IMG/VR virus record: IMGVR_UViG_3300027994_000004
Coordinates: 1 to 41,308 of that record
Source of the DNA: a virus
Length of the DNA stretch: 41,308 bases
Strand: one strand, 5' to 3'
Part shown: piece by piece, positions 23,020 to 31,069 of the stretch
Numbering within the stretch: the first letter of the stretch is position 1
Layout of the letters: each line of letters starts with the position of its first letter
Notes under the pieces: generated by a model
What the model saw: the letters and a program-made list of their open reading frames with translations, nothing else
The model's database searches: none
What the model was told of the DNA's origin: nothing
Program-made: the position numbers and the translations under genes

Positions 23020-23177
23020 AATTATATTTAGGGTATTATTTTTACACAGATAAAATACAAGGCTATAAACTTATTGAGGCTTTGGATTCAGAAAGTGCAA
23101 AACAAATACTTAAAAAGTGGACTTCTAAAAATATAAATAAAGATTGTTTGTTAATTATTAATGAAATGCTAAAATAA
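23016..23177 (+). CDS. Hypothetical protein (53 aa)
   Basis: ATGA overlap. Translates as MKLYLGYYFYTDKIQGYKLIEALDSESAKQILKKWTSKNINKDCLLIINEMLK. Confidence 0.4.
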   Translation: MKLYLGYYFYTDKIQGYKLIEALDSESAKQILKKWTSKNINKDCLLIINEMLK

Positions 23178-23183
23178 TTTATT

Positions 23184-23399
23184 ATGCCAAAGAAAAGCAA
23201 CTACCCATCAGGAAAGAAAAAGACAATCAAAGTTGATATTAATTCAGACTTTGAAACTGAAATGAAATCGGAGATTAAAAAGGTTCAGAAGAAATACTGG
23301 ATTAATAACAAAGAACAAGAAACCGAATCACAGTACATAAAACGCATACAGGATATGCATTTAGAAAAAACGACAAACGGTATAATTGGTAAAAAATAG
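23184..23399 (+). CDS. Hypothetical basic protein
   Basis: 71-aa lysine-rich ORF. Confidence 0.45.
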   Translation: MPKKSNYPSGKKKTIKVDINSDFETEMKSEIKKVQKKYWINNKEQETESQYIKRIQDMHLEKTTNGIIGKK

Positions 23400-23404
23400 T
23401 AGTT

Positions 23405-23911
23405 ATGGAAAAAAGAGTTTTAATATCAATGGTAGATTATGTTTTAGAACGTTCTTCAAAATCAATAGAACAAATGACGATTTTAGAAACATTTAAAGAT
23501 GGTGCTAAAATAACAAATCAAATATTCAATTACGCCAAATTCCTTTCAATGCCTTTAACGCTTGGAATGTTTGTTCCTACGGATGAAGATGGTAATATTT
23601 TGGAAAAATCATGTGATGAATATAAAAAAGGTTGTAGAGATTGTGCTTGTAGGGAATACCAAAAAGCATTAGACAATGTAATATTTAAAGATGCTGTTAT
23701 TATTGATAACACTCCGTATAAGTCAACAAAAAGACTTATGATTAACTTAAATCACCCTGCGTCATTCAGGATTTATAATAAATTTAATTTCCGTGATGGA
23801 TATGAAGAAATAACTTTTCTTCCAAATTTTTCAAAAATAGTGAGTGTTGAATACATGACAGGATACGGTTTAGAATTAACCCAATCCGCTATAATTAAAC
23901 ACCAAATATAA
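23405..23911 (+). CDS. Hypothetical protein
   Basis: 168-aa ORF with a Cys cluster CDEYKKGCRDCAC. Confidence 0.5.
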   Translation: MEKRVLISMVDYVLERSSKSIEQMTILETFKDGAKITNQIFNYAKFLSMPLTLGMFVPTDEDGNILEKSCDEYKKGCRDCACREYQKALDNVIFKDAVIIDNTPYKSTKRLMINLNHPASFRIYNKFNFRDGYEEITFLPNFSKIVSVEYMTGYGLELTQSAIIKHQI

Positions 23912-24027
23912 TCCTTACCAATTTAAAAACAATTAGCAAGTATTAACAATAACAAATATAACTATGGAAAATACAAACAAAAACTATTCACGTGGCTGGG
24001 TGGTTCTTAAAACTAAAATTTAGGGGT

Positions 24028-24210
24028 ATGGCAAATAAAATAATTTTAGAGTTTACAGAACAACAATTATCGTCTTTTGTTTCTATAATACAAACCTGTG
24101 AAGCTAATTTAGGATGTTCAGAAGGAGATAAAGAAATGATTAAGGACTTGAAGTCTATGATTATAATGCTTAAACGAAATGGATATAAATCTCCAATAAA
24201 CCTAACTTAA
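24028..24210 (+). CDS. Hypothetical protein (60 aa)
   Basis: ATG 24028 preferred over the upstream GTG start. Confidence 0.4.
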   Translation: MANKIILEFTEQQLSSFVSIIQTCEANLGCSEGDKEMIKDLKSMIIMLKRNGYKSPINLT

Positions 24211-24258
24211 AACTCAATCAACCAACGTCAATAAAGGCGTTTAATAAAAAATAAGATT

Positions 24259-24576
24259 ATGAAAAACTCAAAAGAAATTTTTGAAAGATTACCAGAAAAC
24301 GAAAAGATTCAATTAATTGAAAAAGTTTTACCTTGTTCTGGAACGGTTAGGCAACTGGAACAAAATATGTTTTCAGAAAAGCAATACGATGAAATGTATG
24401 ATATATTCTTTAACTCAATAGATTGGGCTCAAGGAATTGAAATTGACGAAATATGCGTACACGATAAAGTTCACGTTGTTAACGGACAAAGCGAATTAGG
24501 AAATGATTACGAGGCTTGTGGTTATTATTCAGATGGTATATTACTTTTTATAGAGGACATTGAACATTCAATCTAA
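24259..24576 (+). CDS. Hypothetical acidic protein
   Basis: 105-aa ORF. Confidence 0.5.
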   Translation: MKNSKEIFERLPENEKIQLIEKVLPCSGTVRQLEQNMFSEKQYDEMYDIFFNSIDWAQGIEIDEICVHDKVHVVNGQSELGNDYEACGYYSDGILLFIEDIEHSI

Positions 24577-24588
24577 CACAACAAACAA

Positions 24589-24855
24589 ATGAAAGCAAAT
24601 CAAAACACGGAAACAAATTACAAAAGTACTTTTTCTATTCATTTGGGATTTGGTTTTTACATAGTTCGTTCACAAAAATCAGACGGTAAATTTATAAATA
24701 AAAGAGGTCATTCTTTTATGGAAAATTATTTTGGAGAAAGTTTAAAAGCAAATCCAGTACATGAAATGATAAACAGGAGAATGGGATTTGAAGATGGTTA
24801 TATGAATTGCCTCAGGGATTTAAAAATTAAACTTCGATACACTAAAAATAAATAA
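24589..24855 (+). CDS. Hypothetical protein
   Basis: 88-aa ORF. Confidence 0.5.
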   Translation: MKANQNTETNYKSTFSIHLGFGFYIVRSQKSDGKFINKRGHSFMENYFGESLKANPVHEMINRRMGFEDGYMNCLRDLKIKLRYTKNK

Positions 24856-24857
24856 TT

Positions 24858-25247
24858 ATGGAAACAAAAAAGCAAGAAGCTATTAGATTGGCTTATGGGG
24901 AGTATTGGAAAAATGTAAAAGAGTTAGTTGATGAAAATGGATGGTTTTGGGGTGAAAATAACATACTTAATTTTACAAAAGATTTTGATACAAAAGGCTT
25001 TTCAAAAACATTAAGATTTAGACCAAAATCACTTTCAGGAATAGAAGACAACAACGGATGGATTTCTATTGAAAGTGAAGAGGATCTTCCGAAAGACGAA
25101 AGAAAGAATCCTGTTTGGGTTAGGGATAAAAACGGAAAAATAACTTGTGATGTTTATCATAACAACTGGCCGAATCAAAAAAAATGGTTTATCGAAACAT
25201 TTACTCATTACAAACTAATACCAGAACCACAACCACCAATATTTTAA
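24858..25247 (+). CDS. Hypothetical protein
   Basis: 129-aa ORF. Confidence 0.5.
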   Translation: METKKQEAIRLAYGEYWKNVKELVDENGWFWGENNILNFTKDFDTKGFSKTLRFRPKSLSGIEDNNGWISIESEEDLPKDERKNPVWVRDKNGKITCDVYHNNWPNQKKWFIETFTHYKLIPEPQPPIF

Positions 25248-25250
25248 CCT

Positions 25251-25538
25251 ATGGAAACAGATAAAGAAAAGCTAACTTTTAAAGAATTGGTAGCCGAAAG
25301 ACTAAATCATATCGAGCAAGTTTCGGAGGAAATAAACTTATGTACAGAATTAAAAACAAAAGTTATCGGCAAGAAAATAAATGCTCAATATCTATTTGGC
25401 GAAATAAACTATGAATGCAGTGAAAAAACAGTAATGGCAGATGTTTACAGGTTCTTTAATCATTTCGGATTAAAACTAGCTAATTGGGGATTGCAGAGCA
25501 AAATAAACGAATACAAAAACATCATTAAAAATGAATAA
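25251..25538 (+). CDS. Hypothetical protein
   Basis: 95-aa ORF. Confidence 0.5.
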   Translation: METDKEKLTFKELVAERLNHIEQVSEEINLCTELKTKVIGKKINAQYLFGEINYECSEKTVMADVYRFFNHFGLKLANWGLQSKINEYKNIIKNE

Positions 25539-25935
25539 CCCAACACAACTCCTTCCTACTGATTTGATATTGGTGGAAGTGCCGGAAGATGCGACTGAAA
25601 TATTATTAAAAGGAAACTTACTAATAGGGTATTTTATGAATCCAATTCCGATTATAGGCAAGTTCGAACTACTCGGAGAAGTAACAGCCGATTCAATTTC
25701 TAACGGTCTTGATGATTTTTTAAAATATGAATGGTCTTGGACTGAACTGGATTTTAGAGATTTATTACAGTCTAACGGTTTTTATTTTGTAAACCCGATT
25801 GAAAAGCCTAAAGGAACAAATTTAGAAAGTTCATTCTTTGAAATGCAAGTAGATTTCAATCAAGAAAAACAATGGCAAGAAGCCGAAAGCAAACTAATAA
25901 AAAAAGGTGTAATACTTAAACCAATAAAATTATGA
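25531..25935 (+). CDS. Hypothetical protein
   Basis: 134-aa ORF with an 8-nt overlap. Confidence 0.5.
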   Translation: MNNPTQLLPTDLILVEVPEDATEILLKGNLLIGYFMNPIPIIGKFELLGEVTADSISNGLDDFLKYEWSWTELDFRDLLQSNGFYFVNPIEKPKGTNLESSFFEMQVDFNQEKQWQEAESKLIKKGVILKPIKL

Positions 25936-26108
25936 ATTTAGTTGACTGCACAGTAACAAAAATATTAACGGAGCCTTATCTTGAATATGACAAATGGTTT
26001 GTAAATGTACAATATGATTGCTACGGTAGCACATATACAACCTCTATAATGTTCAATGAAAAAGAGTCCGCAGAAAAAGTATCAATTGGATATGTTTTTC
26101 AAGCCTAA
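25932..26108 (+). CDS. Hypothetical protein (58 aa)
   Basis: ATGA overlap. Translates as MNLVDCTVTKILTEPYLEYDKWFVNVQYDCYGSTYTTSIMFNEKESAEKVSIGYVFQA. Confidence 0.4.
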   Translation: MNLVDCTVTKILTEPYLEYDKWFVNVQYDCYGSTYTTSIMFNEKESAEKVSIGYVFQA

Positions 26109-26140
26109 AAACTAAACCACTAACATTAAACAATTGAGTT

Positions 26141-26431
26141 ATGAAAGAAGAAAAATTAAATAATTTCCTAAAAGAGTTATTTGAAAAACAAATTGATTAT
26201 GTAGGATATGACAATAGAATGTCTAAAACCGAATTAATCGATAAAAAAAGCAGAGTTATAGTTGAACAAATGCTTCGTGAATTCCTATTATCAAATAGGG
26301 ATGAAAAACAAGGCGTTTTGGAAGCAAAAGTATTTGCTTACGAACAGATAATATCAAAGAGTAATTTCGCCCCAATTATCGACACAAAACAAGTAAAAAC
26401 GGAGGAGCAAGACGAATTAACCAACACTTAA
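26141..26431 (+). CDS. Hypothetical protein
   Basis: 96-aa ORF. Confidence 0.5.
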   Translation: MKEEKLNNFLKELFEKQIDYVGYDNRMSKTELIDKKSRVIVEQMLREFLLSNRDEKQGVLEAKVFAYEQIISKSNFAPIIDTKQVKTEEQDELTNT

Positions 26432-26442
26432 ACAAATAAAAA

Positions 26443-27057
26443 ATGAAACGTAAAGAAGCAATTAAAAAATTGAGAAACGGAGAGGTACAAATACATAACG
26501 ACCTTTTACCATCAACAAAGGAAATTAAAAAGCTATTGAAAGAGGCTTTTACGAAAGATAATGACCCAGTAGAAAAACGTCACTTTGAAGATAAATATTT
26601 CTATACTGATGACAAAATTAAATGGCTTAGAAGAGGTAACCAAAAACAAAACTTACAAACCGTAAACCTATCCTCAATATCCAAATCAAAAAACAATCTA
26701 AAGCAATTGGAGAAATCATTCGCTGAACTTTCTAAAGATGTGGCTGAATTGAAAGCTAAAGATTGGGGTTCAATAATTCCATCAGAACAGACTAAAGCTT
26801 TAGAATGTGATTTTGAAAATGTGAAGCCTAAAGAAGAAACACCAATTAAGGAAGAAGAAAGCATTGATTGGAACGTACCGCAGTTATTTTTATTAAAAGA
26901 AGATACAGGATTCGTGTATTTTTACGATGGCAAACAAGGGAAAGAAGAACTTATTCAAGTATATTCGTTAAATACATCAAAAGTATTTACTTATAATCTA
27001 ATAGAAAGAGAAATATTTATTCCATTCAAAGGAACACTAACCATTAATCAAGAGTAA
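26443..27057 (+). CDS. Hypothetical protein
   Basis: 204-aa ORF; last gene before the packaging module. Confidence 0.5.
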   Translation: MKRKEAIKKLRNGEVQIHNDLLPSTKEIKKLLKEAFTKDNDPVEKRHFEDKYFYTDDKIKWLRRGNQKQNLQTVNLSSISKSKNNLKQLEKSFAELSKDVAELKAKDWGSIIPSEQTKALECDFENVKPKEETPIKEEESIDWNVPQLFLLKEDTGFVYFYDGKQGKEELIQVYSLNTSKVFTYNLIEREIFIPFKGTLTINQE

Positions 27058-27063
27058 AACCAA

Positions 27064-27097
27064 AACCCGACTTAAAACATCGGGTTAATTATTTTTT
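27064..27097 (+). terminator. Intrinsic terminator ending the early/middle region
   Basis: Stem aacccga/tcgggtt with a 9-nt loop and a T-rich tail. Confidence 0.75.
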
Positions 27098-27098
27098 G

Positions 27099-27106
27099 TA
27101 TATTTG
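27099..27106 (+). promoter_or_regulatory. -7 box TAtaTTTG (packaging/late operon)
   Basis: tatatttg 18 nt upstream of the TerS ATG. Confidence 0.5.
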
Positions 27107-27123
27107 TGTAAACTTTAAAAACG

Positions 27124-27678
27124 ATGGAAGAAAACGAAAAGTTAACAGATAAACAAGAATCATATTGCCAACACTATGTTATTTGCAACAATCAGGCAAC
27201 AGCTTATAGGTTGGCTTATGATGCTGAAGCAATGAATCAAAATAGCGTGTATAGAGAAGCTTGTTTACTTAACGGAAACCCAAAGATAACCCAAAGGATA
27301 AAAGAACTGCAAAGCGAAGCTTATGAGCGAAACAAAGCAACAATTGACGAGCTTGTAAGCGTATTGTCTAATATGGTTAGATTTGATGTTGCCGATTTAT
27401 ACGATGAAAGCGGAACTTTAAAAAATATTCACGAAATGCCATTAACGGCAAGGCAAATGATTTCCCAACTAGATACTGACGAATTATATATGACTGTTGA
27501 CGGACAAAGAGAGTTGGTAGGACACACAAAGAAATTAAGAACAATTCAAAAGCTTGATGCGGTTGAAAAGCTAATGAAGCATTTAGGCGGTTACGAAAGG
27601 GATAATTTCCAAAAGAAACCAGATGCAATTAGTAGATTGTCAGTTGAAATAGTACGCCCTACCGAAGATGAAGAATAA
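27124..27678 (+). CDS. terS: Terminase small subunit (Terminase_2 / P27-like)
   Basis: LTDKQESYCQHYVICNNQATAYRLAYD...NGNPKITQRIKELQ matches the Lt.kq..F...Y...gn...AY..AGY pattern. Directly precedes TerL. Confidence 0.8.
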   Translation: MEENEKLTDKQESYCQHYVICNNQATAYRLAYDAEAMNQNSVYREACLLNGNPKITQRIKELQSEAYERNKATIDELVSVLSNMVRFDVADLYDESGTLKNIHEMPLTARQMISQLDTDELYMTVDGQRELVGHTKKLRTIQKLDAVEKLMKHLGGYERDNFQKKPDAISRLSVEIVRPTEDEE

Positions 27679-29132
27679 TGAATTTCCAGGCAACAATAGT
27701 TTACGAAAAGATTTGGAACGCTATTAACAAAGTATGTGATACTTGTTCTGGAACAGGATTAGCAAACGGAATAAGTTGTGTTTGGTGTGGTGATGGAGAA
27801 ACACGAGGTTATAAAGGTTCGGGTAAATATTATCGATACATCGTAAACAAAGGTTCTTCCAGGAGTTCTAAAACGGTTTCTTTAATTGATATTTACGACA
27901 CTTGTGCAAGAAGTCAGTTAAACAAGCGTATGACTGTTTGGCGTGATACAAAAACCGATTGCAAGAAAACTGTTTTGAATGATGCGATCAAGAGATTTAA
28001 GACAACTGGACGCTATAAGGTTGGTCAGGAGTTCAATAAAACCGAAAGTATATTCACTTACGATACAGGTTCAACTTTCGAAATACATGGAACGGACGAT
28101 GAAGAAACCGTACACGGACTAACCCAGGATGATGCTTGGTTTAATGAGCCTTACAAGATTAGCCGTGATACTTTTGACCAAGTAGATCAGCGTACTTCAG
28201 AGTTTGTGTTCTTGGATTTGAACCCTAAAAAAGACCATTGGGGTGAAGACATAGAAAAGCACCCAAGATCAATAACAATTCACTCTACATTCAAAGACAA
28301 CCCATTTTGCCCAATTGAAGCAAAGAAAAAAATATTATCATATCAGCCTATAAAAATGTGTTCTGTTGTTATTGAAAACAAAATTAAAGAACACGATGCA
28401 AATGGATACGATATTGAAAATAACTCTTTAAACTTAACTAAAAGAGAATTAAACGAACTCCAAAGATGCATCCACAACGAAGAACGCAACACAGCAAACG
28501 AGTTCAACTGGCAAGTGTACGGATTAGGAACTAAAGCAGAACGCCCTCATAGAGTTTTCCACTGGGAAGAAATACCAAACAGCAAGTACAACGAAATCAA
28601 GGCTAAAACATATAACGGTGTCGATTGGGGCAAGGTTGATCCATTCGGAATACTTGAGGCTAAATACTATGATGGTGCTTTATACCTACACGAAATAAAC
28701 TACGAAAGCGAGGACAAGCTAAAATCAAAGCTAACTTTAGCCGAACGAAACCAAATAGCCGAACTTCCTGAGGGTTTTGTAATGTGGTTTTTCAATAGGC
28801 TAGGAATAAATAAAAATGACCACATAGCTTGCGACACCAACAGACCCGAAAAGATACGTGCCTTGCGTGATGCAGGTTTTGATTATGCTTTCGGAGCTTA
28901 CAAAGGTGCTGGCTCAATCGTTGACGGTGTTGATGGTTTAAGCTCAATAAAAGTATATTACACATCATCAAGCATCAACTTGAAATACGAGCAGGAAAAC
29001 TACTCAAGAAAAGTAGATAGATACGGAAAAGTTATTGATGGGGAGTTTGAAGATTTAAATAACCACTTAATTGACCCCGCTAGATACATCTACCAATTTT
29101 TAAGACGTGAGGGAATAGTAAGAAACGTATAG
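27678..29132 (+). CDS. terL: Terminase large subunit with an N-terminal zinc-finger extension
   Basis: Walker A IVNKGSSRSSKT. Size and position fit a PBSX-type TerL. The N-terminal ~45 aa carries CDTCSGTG...CVWCGDGE. Confidence 0.85.
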   Translation: MNFQATIVYEKIWNAINKVCDTCSGTGLANGISCVWCGDGETRGYKGSGKYYRYIVNKGSSRSSKTVSLIDIYDTCARSQLNKRMTVWRDTKTDCKKTVLNDAIKRFKTTGRYKVGQEFNKTESIFTYDTGSTFEIHGTDDEETVHGLTQDDAWFNEPYKISRDTFDQVDQRTSEFVFLDLNPKKDHWGEDIEKHPRSITIHSTFKDNPFCPIEAKKKILSYQPIKMCSVVIENKIKEHDANGYDIENNSLNLTKRELNELQRCIHNEERNTANEFNWQVYGLGTKAERPHRVFHWEEIPNSKYNEIKAKTYNGVDWGKVDPFGILEAKYYDGALYLHEINYESEDKLKSKLTLAERNQIAELPEGFVMWFFNRLGINKNDHIACDTNRPEKIRALRDAGFDYAFGAYKGAGSIVDGVDGLSSIKVYYTSSSINLKYEQENYSRKVDRYGKVIDGEFEDLNNHLIDPARYIYQFLRREGIVRNV

Positions 29133-29133
29133 T

Positions 29134-29145
29134 AAAGTTAACTTT
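29134..29145. promoter_or_regulatory. 12-bp perfect palindrome AAAGTTAACTTT (candidate operator O1)
   Basis: Self-complementary. Shares the AGTTAACT core with 29161-29172. Confidence 0.4.
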
Positions 29146-29160
29146 AACAATTCTATTTGA

Positions 29161-29172
29161 TTAGTTAACTAA
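29161..29172. promoter_or_regulatory. 12-bp perfect palindrome TTAGTTAACTAA (candidate operator O2)
   Basis: Self-complementary. Ends 9 nt before the -7 box at 29181. Confidence 0.4.
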
Positions 29173-29180
29173 ATAAAGTT

Positions 29181-29188
29181 TATATTTG
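29181..29188 (+). promoter_or_regulatory. -7 box TAtaTTTG (accessory-island promoter)
   Basis: tatatttg 35 nt upstream of ATG 29223. Confidence 0.45.
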
Positions 29189-29222
29189 TAGTTCAAATTA
29201 CAATAACGTAAACTTTAAAATT

Positions 29223-29378
29223 ATGGAAATTACAAAAGAACAATTAGTAAAAGCGTTTCAAATATGGAACGAAACGTATTTAAAAGATGAAGAAAAATTT
29301 ACAGAAGTAAATAATACTACAGAATACGCAGAAGAACAAGCTGAACATTTAATTTCATTAATTGAAAAACAAAATTAA
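29223..29378 (+). CDS. Small acidic hypothetical protein (51 aa)
   Basis: Translates as MEITKEQLVKAFQIWNETYLKDEEKFTEVNNTTEYAEEQAEHLISLIEKQN. Confidence 0.4.
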   Translation: MEITKEQLVKAFQIWNETYLKDEEKFTEVNNTTEYAEEQAEHLISLIEKQN

Positions 29379-29381
29379 ATT

Positions 29382-29624
29382 ATGAATGCAAAACCAATTT
29401 TTATAGTAAGAACACAGTTAGAATGTAGCTTAGAAGAAATTAACGATGTTAGAGAAAAACTAACCAAATCTTTTACAGATTACCACGTTCTTGTTATTAG
29501 GGGCTTAAAAAATATTACTGAATTTGAGTGTTATAATTCAAGTGATGCTGATGAAAAATCTTTAGAAGAATTAAAAAACATCGTTAACAATGTCAAGACC
29601 ACTAAAATACGGAGAGCCGACTAA
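29382..29624 (+). CDS. Hypothetical protein
   Basis: 80-aa ORF. Confidence 0.5.
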   Translation: MNAKPIFIVRTQLECSLEEINDVREKLTKSFTDYHVLVIRGLKNITEFECYNSSDADEKSLEELKNIVNNVKTTKIRRAD

Positions 29625-29820
29625 AACAATCGGGTTTAAAGTTCCTTTGTCGAAAGAGAAAGAATTGAAAGAAGCTACAAGTAAATTTATTGATGTTTAT
29701 TTAAACGCTTATAAATCTATTATAGAAAACAGAAAGGTTGATTGCGGATGCATAATCGAAAACGGACTTTTAAAACGTGATAAAAACTCAAAATGCAAAC
29801 TAACTAAATCAGAACATTAG
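29590..29820 (+). CDS. Possible ribbon-helix-helix DNA-binding protein
   Basis: N-terminus MSRPLKYGEPTKTIGFKVPLSKEKELKEA looks like an RHH beta-strand plus helix. Confidence 0.4.
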   Translation: MSRPLKYGEPTKTIGFKVPLSKEKELKEATSKFIDVYLNAYKSIIENRKVDCGCIIENGLLKRDKNSKCKLTKSEH

Positions 29821-29823
29821 ATT

Positions 29824-30084
29824 ATGGAAACAGTCTTAGAAGAATTAATTAAAAAATGGGAATCGGAATTAGGTAGTTATATTCCAAATATTCCTATTTA
29901 TAAAATGTTTATTGACGAAGCAAAAAGCTATGTTAATAAAGACAAAGAAGATAAAGTAAATTTTGCAAAAAAACACGTTACTGAGGCTTTAAATCAGGCA
30001 AAAGATAAAGCTATATGTGGAATAGAATTTGTAGATGATGAATCGATACTAACGGCTTATCCATTAGAAAATATTAAACTATGA
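29824..30084 (+). CDS. Hypothetical protein
   Basis: 86-aa ORF. Confidence 0.5.
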   Translation: METVLEELIKKWESELGSYIPNIPIYKMFIDEAKSYVNKDKEDKVNFAKKHVTEALNQAKDKAICGIEFVDDESILTAYPLENIKL

Positions 30085-30290
30085 AAAAACTACTATTGCT
30101 ATCAGCATTCATTTCAATACTTGGATGCTCAACAGATGAAACCGAATGCAACTGTAAAAAAGCTGAATACGTTGCATGGGAATCAGAGGGAACTTACTAC
30201 GTTAGAAACGTTCCCATGAATTGCGAAACAGGCAGACCGATTAAAGACGGTTATATCAATGGAGGTACTTTTGTTGAATGTTTAGATTGA
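30081..30290 (+). CDS. Small cysteine-rich lipoprotein
   Basis: MKKLLLLSAFISILGCS is a lipobox. The mature peptide is ~53 aa with 4 further Cys. Confidence 0.65.
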   Translation: MKKLLLLSAFISILGCSTDETECNCKKAEYVAWESEGTYYVRNVPMNCETGRPIKDGYINGGTFVECLD

Positions 30291-30294
30291 TGTT

Positions 30295-30462
30295 ATGAAG
30301 TACAAAAATACATTCTTGAAAATTTACGCTTTATGTTCTATTGTTATTTGTGTTTATGCAGGATTTAAGATAACAGAGCCTATACAAATAATATACTTGA
30401 TAGTATTATCTATTAATTTACTTTTATTTTATCTAATAATAAAAGAAGAATACAGGTATTAA
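30295..30462 (+). CDS. Small two-pass membrane protein (55 aa)
   Basis: Translates as MKYKNTFLKIYALCSIVICVYAGFKITEPIQIIYLIVLSINLLLFYLIIKEEYRY. Confidence 0.4.
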   Translation: MKYKNTFLKIYALCSIVICVYAGFKITEPIQIIYLIVLSINLLLFYLIIKEEYRY

Positions 30463-30500
30463 GAAAAAAAAAGCCACTCAATAACGAGTGGCTTTTAATT
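30463..30500. terminator. Bidirectional intrinsic terminator between convergent genes
   Basis: A-run, stem agccactc/gagtggct (loop aataac), then a T-run. Works on both strands. Confidence 0.8.
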
Positions 30501-30515
30501 TTAAATCAATTGGTT

Positions 30516-30956
30516 TCAATACGACCTGACTAATCCCTTACTTGCAATCTTCGTGCTTTGCGTTCCGGTTGGAGTTACAACCACCCTGTAATACTGATAA
30601 GGAGAATTAAGAATAACAAACGAACACGTTTGCTGTGCAACATCGGTTAACGTAAATGCTGTCTGTCCTGCAATATCGGTATAAAGAACACCGTCAACAG
30701 ATCCCTGGGGTTTTACAGTTCCTGCAACGGTTCCGGAAATCTTATCCAAAGTGGATTGAACCGTAAAGTGAACATTTGAACCGTTAACGATAGCATACTG
30801 ATATTTTACCGTGGTGTTGGTAATTGTATCGGTTGCCGGATGCGTTGGAGTGGAAAGAAGATTTCCAACAGCCTTAAACGTTAATTTTGGGCCCGTAACT
30901 TGAGCCGAAAGCGAAACTGTCAGCATCAAAGCCAACATCAAAAAGATTTTTTTCAT
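30516..30956 (-). CDS. Secreted beta-rich protein of unknown function; the only minus-strand gene (moron)
   Basis: Signal peptide MKKIFLMLALMLTVSLSAQ. Visibly more G+C than its neighbours. Has its own promoter box and terminator. Confidence 0.75.
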   Translation of the reverse strand: MKKIFLMLALMLTVSLSAQVTGPKLTFKAVGNLLSTPTHPATDTITNTTVKYQYAIVNGSNVHFTVQSTLDKISGTVAGTVKPQGSVDGVLYTDIAGQTAFTLTDVAQQTCSFVILNSPYQYYRVVVTPTGTQSTKIASKGLVRSY

Positions 30957-30988
30957 TGTGTAAAAATTTAAATTATTAATAATTGCAT

Positions 30989-30996
30989 CAAATTTA
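30989..30996 (-). promoter_or_regulatory. -7 box TAaaTTTG on the minus strand
   Basis: Plus-strand caaattta reads taaatttg on the minus strand, 33 nt upstream of the minus-strand ATG. Confidence 0.4.
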
Positions 30997-31029
30997 TAAA
31001 TAAAAACGCTTACTTAAATAAATAATTAC

Positions 31030-31037
31030 TATTTTTG
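31030..31037 (+). promoter_or_regulatory. -7 box TAttTTTG (head-morphogenesis operon)
   Basis: tatttttg, divergent from the minus-strand promoter. 110 nt upstream of the portal ATG. Confidence 0.4.
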
Positions 31038-31069
31038 CTTAATCATTGTTGTGAAACAAAGAAAATTAG

